A stretch of 44,102 nt of DNA from Pseudomonadota bacterium. Its GTDB lineage: Bacteria > Pseudomonadota > Alphaproteobacteria > Rhodospirillales > 2-02-FULL-58-16. The stretch lies in the NCBI GenBank assembly GCA_022560215.1, contig JADFTO010000001.1, positions 1 to 44,102 on the forward strand, given 5' to 3'. The notes beneath the pieces are model-generated. The model saw only the letters and a program-made list of their open reading frames with translations, did not search any database and was not told the origin of the DNA. Below, in pieces: positions 28,902 to 37,361 of this stretch. The position numbers and the translations under genes are program-made. The first letter of the stretch is position 1. The number at the start of each line of letters is the position of its first letter.

Positions 28902-29657
28902 CTACCTCCTTTCCAGTTGACGCCGGTGCGTATCGATCCGGACGTACTTGCCGTTCTTCTTGGCGTAATGCGGATCGGTGTGGTCCGCGGCGATGTAATA
29001 GACGTTGGGTTCCGTCCCCATCTCCTCGCGGAGAACGGTGACCGGGTTCATGGCGATCATCCTCGAAATCTCGCTGTCCGGATCGTTGAGGTCGCCGAAG
29101 ATGCGCGCCCGGCCGGTGCAGGTCTCCACGCACGCCGGTTCCAGACCCTGGGAAACCCGGTGCAGACAGAAGTCGCACTTGTCAGCGGAGCCAGTGACGG
29201 GGTTGAGGAAGCGGGCGTCGTAGGGGCAGGCCAGGATGCAGTACTTGCAGCCGATGCAGATGTCCGGATCGATGACGACGATGCCGTCTTCCTCGCGCTT
29301 CCAGGTCGCGTTCGTGGGACAGACCGTGACGCACTGCGGTTCCGAACAATGAAAGCACAGCCTCGGCAGGTAGCTAAGCGAGACGTGCGGGTAATCGCCT
29401 TTCTCTATGTACTCGACCCAGGACCGGGTCTCGCCGAGGGGAACGTCGAACTCAGCCTTGCATGAGACGCTGCACGCATGGCAGCCAATACATTTTCGCA
29501 GGTCTACCAGCATGCCGTACTGGGTCTTGCGCTTGGTTTTGGCGGCGCGGGCGGCTTTGGGAAAGGCGGTCGCCACGGCGCCGGCGGTGACAGCGGCGGC
29601 TGACTGTTTGAGGAACTTTCTGCGGGGAATGGCCGATTTCAGAGGAATGTCACTCAC
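28902..29657 (-). CDS. 4x[4Fe-4S] ferredoxin-type electron-transfer subunit with its own Tat signal
   Basis: IPRRKFLKQSAAAVTAGAVATAFPKAARA, followed by CIGCHACSVSC, CFHCSEPQCVTVCP, CIGCKYCILACP and CDFC cluster motifs. GTG 29657 is preferred (AGGAG 6 nt upstream) over the TTG 29675 of the ORF track. Confidence 0.8.
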   Translation of the reverse strand: MSDIPLKSAIPRRKFLKQSAAAVTAGAVATAFPKAARAAKTKRKTQYGMLVDLRKCIGCHACSVSCKAEFDVPLGETRSWVEYIEKGDYPHVSLSYLPRLCFHCSEPQCVTVCPTNATWKREEDGIVVIDPDICIGCKYCILACPYDARFLNPVTGSADKCDFCLHRVSQGLEPACVETCTGRARIFGDLNDPDSEISRMIAMNPVTVLREEMGTEPNVYYIAADHTDPHYAKKNGKYVRIDTHRRQLERR

Positions 29658-29683
29658 AGCGGTCTCCTGTGCCAAGGGGACAT

Positions 29684-29732
29684 TGGGGCAATTATATTTA
29701 AAGGGGGATCGGCACTCTTTGATCTAAATCAA
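29684..29732 (-). promoter_or_regulatory. Class II FNR/CRP-family-dependent promoter of the molybdoenzyme operon
   Basis: Perfect TTGAT-CTAA-ATCAA (29719-29732) and a perfect TATAAT on the minus strand (29696-29691). The predicted +1 at ~29684 puts the box centre at -41.5. The resulting leader is ~27 nt to the GTG. Confidence 0.7.
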
Positions 29733-29934
29733 ATCTAAATCAAAGATAGGTATAGTCGGGTCCGGATTATTCATAATACAGGCCAAGTATCCGACCGATT
29801 CACGATTGGCCCAGAAGGTGCGTGGCAATCGGCCGGTTCCCATGAAACCGTTTCTCACGCGGCAGGCGGCTTGGTGGAAATTTCTGGCGGGCCCAGGCGC
29901 GGGGTCGCGCGCCTTCCGGGAGCCCCCATGCCCG

Positions 29935-30032
29935 CCTACCACTTCCGGCACTTGGCCTGGATGGCGCGGTAGCTGGTCACCGAGTCGATCTCGGCGTTGG
30001 CCAGTTCGGCGGCGGTCTCCATTTTCTTCACC
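29935..30032 (-). repeat. Repeat copy X': detached copy of the 3' end of the DUF922 gene
   Basis: 93/98 identical to 31124-31221. Encodes ..KKMETAAELANAEIDSVTSYRAIQAKCRKW* against the resident ..IDTVTSYRAIHAKCRKW*. Two of the five differences are synonymous third-position changes. Confidence 0.9.
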
Positions 30033-30036
30033 CGCC

Positions 30037-30118
30037 ACGGGGACGCCGCGCTGGCCGTCGGGCATCCGCGAGGGCGCCCAGTTCCACTTCCGCGGCGGCG
30101 CCGAGACCTAGGCCGCGA
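30037..30118 (+). repeat. Repeat copy A': detached copy of the 3' end of mmsA
   Basis: 30047-30118 is identical to 24276-24347, including the TAG stop and 7 nt beyond. It abuts X' back-to-back, with only ~4 nt (30033-30036) between them. Confidence 0.9.
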
Positions 30119-30235
30119 GGGGGCGGTGGAAGGCAAGGTCCCACCAATCCTCCATGGAACCCACGCTATCCCCCCGGAAAAGACGGGATTCCATGGCCCC
30201 GGGCGTGGCCTCATTTGACGCCATTTCCATCCGCA

Positions 30236-31014
30236 CTACCGTGATTCGACATGGTACATGACGTTTCGATCCTCCCAGCTCACCTTTTCCAGGTCCTCGA
30301 ACCGTTCTTCGATATTCCTCCTGAAGGCATTGCATGAGGCGTCGAATTCATCCCGGGCATAGAGCGAGAAGGTCGAATAGTGCTTTGCATGAACCCGATC
30401 CATCAGACACCTCAACGAAGCAGAGCGCTTGAAAAGGAACGTCTTGGCCTCGATCAGCCCGAGTCCTTCCGCCGAGTCGATGAAGTCGCGCATGGTTTTC
30501 TCCGCATACAGACGCGTTTCAATTTCGTTGAAGCGGGGAAAATATCGTCCCCAGATCGTTAGGGCGTTCTGTTCGGGCGTTCGCGAGTAAACGAACAGGC
30601 GGCCGCCCGGGCCGCCTTCGACAGGAAAACATGCAAGTCGAAGTGGTGCACCGAGTTGAAACTGAACATCGCCTGCAAGGAGTTCTCCCCCAGGTCCAGG
30701 TCTTCGATCGCGGACAGCCTGGTTTCGAATCCGTTGATCCCTTCGCCGGTCAAGCGACTCCCGAGCTGGGCCAGCATGCCTTCGTTGGCATCAACGCAAA
30801 TGAGATGGAGACCCGGCAGGTGGCGGAACAGCAGCCGATCGTAGCGCCCCTCGCCGCAACCCACGTCGGCGGCGAGAAGCGATTGGCGCCCCTGAAGGGC
30901 GTCGCGGATGTAGAGGATGGGATCCTCGTCCGTCGTCCTCACGGTCCCATACGCGTCGGCCAGTTTGGAGAAATGGCCGCGCTAGGACGAATTTGCAGTT
31001 TCCTCCGAGATCAT
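30236..31014 (-). pseudogene. Class I SAM-dependent methyltransferase pseudogene (in-frame TAG plus frameshift)
   Basis: ATG 31014, MISEETANSS, then TAG (30984-30982), then RGHFSKLADAYGTVRTTDEDP...VGCGEGRY (motif I)...FSFNSVHHF. The frame is then lost in a G/C run (~30597-30608). The continuation PGGRLFVYSRTPEQN...MRDFIDSAEGLG...MYHVESR* is in another frame, ending at 30236. Confidence 0.75.
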
Positions 31015-31124
31015 AAGCCCCCCCTCTCGGTTGAATGCCGAATTCGGACCCGGCCGAGGCGCGGCAGCCGAGATCGTTTATTGGCTACGCGTGACGGGGA
31101 ACCGCGCTCTCCCCTCCACTTATC

Positions 31125-31826
31125 CTACCACTTCCGGCACTTGGCGTGAATGGCGCGGTAGCTGGTGACGGTGTCGATCTCGGCGTTGGCCAGTTCGGCG
31201 GCGGTCTCCATTTTCTTCACCAGCGGCCGGAGCTTCCCCATCAACAGCTTCTTCACCCGCTCCGCCGCCCGCTCCCGGGAGCCGACGGTGACGGGGCGAA
31301 GGCGCCGCACCTCGAGGGCCAGGCGTTCCTCGATCCAGGGCGCGTAGCGCCTGAGCGTGTCGCGGTAGACGGCCACGTGCTCCTCTTCGTGGTCCAGGAT
31401 GGCGCGGTAGGCGCAGCCCCCCCGGCGGTACTTGCGGTCGATGTAGATGACGAAGGTCGTGAACCCGGCCGTCACCTCCACCTTTACCGGCGCGGCGCAG
31501 AAGCGGTTGGCGGAAACGGGGACCACGCGCACGCCGAGCCGCATGTCGATGCGCAGTTCGGCCTGGGTCAGGCCGAGGGGATACCAGCCCCGCTTGCTCC
31601 CCTTGCCGCCGTGGCGTTCCTGGATGCGCTTGAGGTCGCTGCGGGTATGGCCGGCGCGGTGAACCACCTTGCCGGGATCGCTGTTCAGGACCACGGTGGC
31701 TCTAACGCCGTCGCAGGGGCCGGCGCCGAGAACGGGAAGGGGAAAGGCGGAGAACGCCGCCGCCCATGCGAGGGCCGCCGCCAACGGCAGCCGTGCCGCC
31801 GTCAGCGGGGCTTCCGGGGTTTCCAT
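31125..31826 (-). CDS. DUF922-family predicted secreted Zn-metallopeptidase
   Basis: Signal-like N-terminus (LPLAAALAWAAAFSAFPLPVLG) and HEEEH (HExxH) in ILDHEEEHVAVY. The ATG 31826 start overlaps the upstream Sel1 gene by 25 nt. The upstream part of the 271-aa ORF is not protein-like. Confidence 0.65.
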   Translation of the reverse strand: METPEAPLTAARLPLAAALAWAAAFSAFPLPVLGAGPCDGVRATVVLNSDPGKVVHRAGHTRSDLKRIQERHGGKGSKRGWYPLGLTQAELRIDMRLGVRVVPVSANRFCAAPVKVEVTAGFTTFVIYIDRKYRRGGCAYRAILDHEEEHVAVYRDTLRRYAPWIEERLALEVRRLRPVTVGSRERAAERVKKLLMGKLRPLVKKMETAAELANAEIDTVTSYRAIHAKCRKW

Positions 31827-32623
31827 TCCTTGGCCAGGCGCTCCGCCTCGGCGACCTGGTCGGCGCTCAGAGTCTTGGCCAGGGCCTTGCGGTTGTCGAT
31901 GGCCTGGGTATGGTTCCGGGCCGCCGCCAGGGTCAGCCACATGAGGGCCCTGACCTCGTCCTTGGGCGTGCCAACGCCCCGCGCCAGGCGGACGCCGATG
32001 TGGTTCTGGGCCTTGGCGTAGCCCTGTTCGGCGGCGGCCAGGAACCAGCGGGCGGCGGCTTCCGCGTCCTCGGGCGTGCCGTCACCGTCGCGGTAGAACT
32101 TGCCCAGGTTGTACTGGGCCTTGTCGAAGCCGGCCTCGGCCGCCTTCTTGATCCAGGTGAAGGCGCGCTCGAAGTCCTTGGATACGCCATAGCCATAGTG
32201 GAACATCTTGCCCAAGGTGTACTGGGAACGGATGAGCCCTTGGCCCGCCGCCTTTTCCAGCCAGGCCACCGCCTTGTCGTAATCCTGCTCGACCCCTTTC
32301 CCCGCGATATAGGCCTGGGCCAGACTATGCTGGGCCTGGACATCGCCCTGATCGGCGGCCCTGGTCCACCAGCGGATGGCCTCGGCCGTGTCCTGGGCCA
32401 CGCCCCGTTCTTCGTCGTACATGATGCCGAGGTTGAACTGGGAGCGGGCGTCGCCGCCGTCCGCCAGGGGCCGCCACTCCTTGAGGGCGGTGGCGAAATC
32501 GCCCTCCTGGTAGGCCCGCCATCCGTCTTGGAAGTCGGCGGCGGCCGGCAGGGCCAGCGTCCCGGCGAGGACGGCCCAGGCGACAGCCTTGATCAAGGCG
32601 CCCGGCGTCAATAGCTTTCGCAT
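31802..32623 (-). CDS. Sel1-like repeat (SLR/TPR-family) secreted protein
   Basis: Signal peptide MRKLLTPGALIKAVAWAVLAGTLALPAAA, then ~6 Sel1 repeats (A..W...AA.QG...AQ..LG..Y..G.GV..D). Alternative starts at 32641 or 32650. Confidence 0.8.
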   Translation of the reverse strand: MRKLLTPGALIKAVAWAVLAGTLALPAAADFQDGWRAYQEGDFATALKEWRPLADGGDARSQFNLGIMYDEERGVAQDTAEAIRWWTRAADQGDVQAQHSLAQAYIAGKGVEQDYDKAVAWLEKAAGQGLIRSQYTLGKMFHYGYGVSKDFERAFTWIKKAAEAGFDKAQYNLGKFYRDGDGTPEDAEAAARWFLAAAEQGYAKAQNHIGVRLARGVGTPKDEVRALMWLTLAAARNHTQAIDNRKALAKTLSADQVAEAERLAKEWKPRKPR

Positions 32624-32652
32624 GTTCCCAATCTTCCACATCTCGTTCAAGC

Positions 32653-33273
32653 CTATGACGCCCGGGCGGCGAACTTGGTCACCTGCACCCTGAGCACCTC
32701 GATCAGGCCATCCACGCCCTGGGAGCGGACCACGGAGGCGAACTCCGAGCGCTGGGTGGCGAGCATGCTCACCCCCTGCACGATCACGTCCAGGATCTTA
32801 TAGGCGCCCGCCCCGCCCCGGACCCGCCACCCGGCCACCAGGGGGGGGCCGCTCGGGCGGCCGATCTCGGTCACCACAACCGCGTCGATCTTGCCCATGG
32901 GTTCCACCTTGACGATCTTGAAGATCTGTCCCGAATAGCCGCCGAGCCGCCTGGTATAGGTGCGCAGCACGAACTCCTTGAACAGGCGCTGGTATTCGTC
33001 CCGCTGATCCGGCGTCGCCGTGCGCCAGGCCCTTCCGAGGACGAAGCGGCCGATCTTCTGGAAGTCGAAACTGCGGCTCAGGAGGGCGCGCAATTCGGCT
33101 TCCCGCCGCTCCAGGGTCGAGCCCCGGGCGCCGAGGATGGCCATGGCCTCCCCGGACAGGCTTTCCATGAACTTGCCGGCCTCCTGGAGCGGCGTCTTCC
33201 CGGCGCCGGCGGCGGGCGGTGCCCAGGCCACCCAGGCCACGATCACGACCATCAGGGAGCGGCGTGCGTTCAT
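32653..33273 (-). CDS. MlaC/Ttg2D-family periplasmic lipid-binding protein
   Basis: 206 aa with a signal peptide, then FDFQKIGRFVLGRAWR...QRDEYQRLFKEFVLRTY, typical of the toluene-tolerance Ttg2D/MlaC family. Confidence 0.7.
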   Translation of the reverse strand: MNARRSLMVVIVAWVAWAPPAAGAGKTPLQEAGKFMESLSGEAMAILGARGSTLERREAELRALLSRSFDFQKIGRFVLGRAWRTATPDQRDEYQRLFKEFVLRTYTRRLGGYSGQIFKIVKVEPMGKIDAVVVTEIGRPSGPPLVAGWRVRGGAGAYKILDVIVQGVSMLATQRSEFASVVRSQGVDGLIEVLRVQVTKFAARAS

Positions 33274-33379
33274 GGCCGAAACCTTATCCCGAAACCGGCG
33301 GGGCGCTGGCCGGCCCGCTCACCATAAGGCGGCCGGTTTCGGGTTTCAACCGGCGCGGAAGCCCCAAGGGGGCTGGTTT

Positions 33380-33646
33380 AGAGCGGGTCAGGATTGATAG
33401 GAACCATTTGACCGGGATTATTTTGTCCCGTGGCTAGGCACGCTCCGAAAGGCGATGCTTGCGCATCGGATGAGGGGCGTAACGACGCCACGGGGCAAAA
33501 GAACCCGGCCTCCGGTGGGGCAGATCGGTCCCCCGGGTGCGTTGCAACGCTTGCCCGATGCTGCGGCATCGCGCGGCGCGCCGCGCCTGCCCGAATGAAC
33601 CGATCTGCTCCCATCAAATTGATTCCTATCAATCCTGAACCGCTCT
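33380..33646 (+). mobile_element. 267-bp MITE, copy 1
   Basis: Terminal inverted repeats AGAGCGGGTCAGGATTGATAGGAA and TTCCTATCAATCCTGAACCGCTCT (23/24). Internally rich in hairpins and has no credible ORF. Identical (267/267 by eye) to 36998-37264. Confidence 0.85.
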
Positions 33647-34353
33647 GGAGCGCTTGGGCCGCTTGCCGCCCAAGGGAGCCACCCCTTGCCCAGCAGGTTG
33701 ACCCGGATCGGCTGGTCGAATTCCCAACCCGCGGCCGTCTCGCGGCCGTGCTTCATGAAATTGGCGCGCAAGGCGGTCCCGTCGGCCCGGAAGGCGGCCC
33801 GGCGGCCGGGATTTATACGCGTGGTGTTTTCCCTGTAGGCCTCGAAACTTTCGTGGCGGCGGACGTGGGTATAGGTAACTTCCCTTTGCCCCTTCAGGCC
33901 CACGGCGGCGGCGGCCAAGATGGCCTCGTAGGCGCGCGCGCGCACACCCGCTTCGTCGTCTACGGCGCGGCCCATCTCGTAGTGGGAACCTTCGGCCAGA
34001 GGCTCGGCGATATAAGCGAGGCCGACTGGCCCGAGCACCCGGGCCGCCTCGGCCAAGGCCCTGGCCGGGTCGTCCACGTGGTGCAGGCTGTTGAAGAAGA
34101 CGACGATGTCCATGGCCCCGCCGCCGAAGGGCAGGTCCCCGGCCACGCCCTCGAGATACGTCTCGTCCCCCGCCGCCCCGGCCGCCAGCGCCACTTCCAT
34201 CTGCCCGGCGTTGCAGTCCAGGCCCCAGACCCTGGCCCCGCGGCGGGTCATCAGGCGGACCAGGCCGCCCGTGCCGCAACCCACGTCCAGGACCCGCTTG
34301 CCGCCGAGGTCGAGCAACTCGACAAGCACCTCTTCCTGATTCCGTATCTCCAT
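33418..34353 (-). CDS. Class I SAM-dependent methyltransferase whose 3' end runs into MITE copy 1
   Basis: VLDVGCGTGG motif I, DIVVFFNSLHHV. The native sequence ends at ~33647 (..WAASGPSAPE). The last 76 codons (RFRIDRNQFDGSRS...) and the stop are supplied by the MITE. Confidence 0.75.
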   Translation of the reverse strand: MEIRNQEEVLVELLDLGGKRVLDVGCGTGGLVRLMTRRGARVWGLDCNAGQMEVALAAGAAGDETYLEGVAGDLPFGGGAMDIVVFFNSLHHVDDPARALAEAARVLGPVGLAYIAEPLAEGSHYEMGRAVDDEAGVRARAYEAILAAAAVGLKGQREVTYTHVRRHESFEAYRENTTRINPGRRAAFRADGTALRANFMKHGRETAAGWEFDQPIRVNLLGKGWLPWAASGPSAPERFRIDRNQFDGSRSVHSGRRGAPRDAAASGKRCNAPGGPICPTGGRVLLPRGVVTPLIRCASIAFRSVPSHGTK

Positions 34354-34447
34354 GACATCCCTTGAAGTCGCCTAACCCCTTATACATCACTCCGGGTAAG
34401 CGGGCCCTCTTCGTGACGGGCGGCGGAAAAGCTGTTAAATCGGGGGC

Positions 34448-35650
34448 ATGGACGGAAAACCCCTGTCGGGGGTGCGCGTGCTGGACGCCGCCACCTTCAT
34501 CGCCGCCCCGTACACGGCCTCCATCTTGGGCGAGTTCGGGGCCGAGGTGATCAAGGTGGAGCGGCCGGGCGAGGGCGACCCCTTCCGCCGCTTCGGCACC
34601 CCCAGCGGGCGCCCCGATTCCACCCTGGCCTGGCTCAGCGAGGGGCGCAACAAGAAGTCCGTGACCATCGATCTGGGCACGACTGAGGGGGCGGACCTGT
34701 TCTTGCGGCTGGCCGCCGTCAGCCACGTGGTGTGCGAGAACTTCCGCCCCGGCACCATGGAGAAATGGGGCCTGGGATGGGAGGAGCTGAGCGCCGCCAA
34801 TCCGGGGCTCGTCATGCTCAGGATTTCCGGCTACGGGCAGACCGGGCCCTACAAGGACCGGCCCGGCTTCGCCCGCACCGCGCACGCCTTCGGCGGCCTG
34901 ACCCATCTCGCCGGCATGCCCGGCGGGACGCCCGTGACGCCGGGGTCCACGTCCATCGGGGACTACATGTCGGGGCTCTACGGCGCCGTCGGCGTGCTGC
35001 TGGCGCTGCGCCACCGGGAGCAAACGGGCCGCGGGCAGGTCATCGACGTGGCGCTTTACGAATCCGTGTTCCGGGTGCTGGACGAGATCGCGCCCGCCTA
35101 CGCACAGGAAGGCAAGGTCCGGGGGCCCGAGGGCGCGGGGACGCTGAATGCCTGCCCCCACGGCCATTTCCAGGCCGGCGACGGGAGCTGGATCGCCATC
35201 GCGTGTACGTCGGACAAGATGTTCGAGCGCCTGGCCCGGGCCATGGGCCGGCCGCAGCTGGCGTCTCCCGAACGCTACGGCGAGCAGTCCAGGCGGCTGG
35301 CCGCGCGGGCCGACGTTGACCGCCTGGTGACCGAATGGACCGGGTCCATGGACCGGGACCGGCTGATGGAAATCTGCCTCGCCCATGAGGTGCCGGCGGC
35401 GCCCCTGAACACCATCGCCGACATCTTCGCCGACCCCCACTTCAAGGCGCGCGACAACCTGGTGGAGGTGAACGAGGGCGACCTCGGCCCCGTGGTCGTG
35501 CCTGCGGTGATCCCCCGGCTGTCGGAGACCCCGGGCGAGATCACCAACCTGGGCCCGGCGCTGGGAAACGCCACCGACGAGGTGCTGGGCGGCCTGCTCG
35601 GCCTCGACGAAGACGAGATCGCCCGCCTCAGGCAGGCCAAGGTGATCTAG
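34448..35650 (+). CDS. Family III CoA-transferase (CaiB/BaiF/Frc-like)
   Basis: 400 aa with N-terminal PLSGVRVLD....AAPY....[14 protein letters not shown] and conserved GxG...D regions of the family. Confidence 0.85.
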   Translation: MDGKPLSGVRVLDAATFIAAPYTASILGEFGAEVIKVERPGEGDPFRRFGTPSGRPDSTLAWLSEGRNKKSVTIDLGTTEGADLFLRLAAVSHVVCENFRPGTMEKWGLGWEELSAANPGLVMLRISGYGQTGPYKDRPGFARTAHAFGGLTHLAGMPGGTPVTPGSTSIGDYMSGLYGAVGVLLALRHREQTGRGQVIDVALYESVFRVLDEIAPAYAQEGKVRGPEGAGTLNACPHGHFQAGDGSWIAIACTSDKMFERLARAMGRPQLASPERYGEQSRRLAARADVDRLVTEWTGSMDRDRLMEICLAHEVPAAPLNTIADIFADPHFKARDNLVEVNEGDLGPVVVPAVIPRLSETPGEITNLGPALGNATDEVLGGLLGLDEDEIARLRQAKVI

Positions 35651-35740
35651 ACTCCGCGACCATCCGGGCCGACCCTCGTCGAGGGCCGGCATTCCCGGTT
35701 GCGTCCCTCGGGTCGGGGGGTTTACGTTGGCGCCCCTTGA

Positions 35741-36970
<1,230 letters not shown>

Positions 36971-36997
36971 GCCCTATAGCGCTCCAGACCACGTTCA

Positions 36998-37264
36998 AGA
37001 GCGGGTCAGGATTGATAGGAACCATTTGACCGGGATTATTTTGTCCCGTGGCTAGGCACGCTCCGAAAGGCGATGCTTGCGCATCGGATGAGGGGCGTAA
37101 CGACGCCACGGGGCAAAAGAACCCGGCCTCCGGTGGGGCAGATCGGTCCCCCGGGTGCGTTGCAACGCTTGCCCGATGCTGCGGCATCGCGCGGCGCGCC
37201 GCGCCTGCCCGAATGAACCGATCTGCTCCCATCAAATTGATTCCTATCAATCCTGAACCGCTCT
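36998..37264 (+). mobile_element. 267-bp MITE, copy 2
   Basis: Identical to copy 1 and in the same orientation. Sits 28 nt after the aminotransferase stop and 97 nt upstream of the adenylate cyclase start. Confidence 0.85.
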
Positions 37265-37361
37265 AAGTCTCCGGCGTCACGGCCTTTTGCGCACCCGTGA
37301 TGACGCGCCGGGGGTAAGCCGGTATATACTTGAGCGGACTGATCCGAGGGGTTCGCAGGCA

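Noticed and set aside
29717-29745. Tandem 11-mers atctaaatcaa x2 considered as a CRISPR or iteron array
   Set aside because: There are only two units and no spacers. They are better explained as part of the FNR-box region of the operon promoter.
29806-30214. ORFs 29806..30111(+) and 29936..30214(-), which end with real-looking protein tails
   Set aside because: The tails are the detached mmsA and DUF922 3'-end repeat copies (A' and X'). The upstream parts of these ORFs are non-coding junk, so they are not genes.
33378-33632. Duplicated small ORFs (MIGINLMGADRF..., also 36963..37250, 33430.., 37048..37266)
   Set aside because: They lie wholly inside the two MITE copies. The duplication reflects the DNA repeat and does not indicate a conserved protein.
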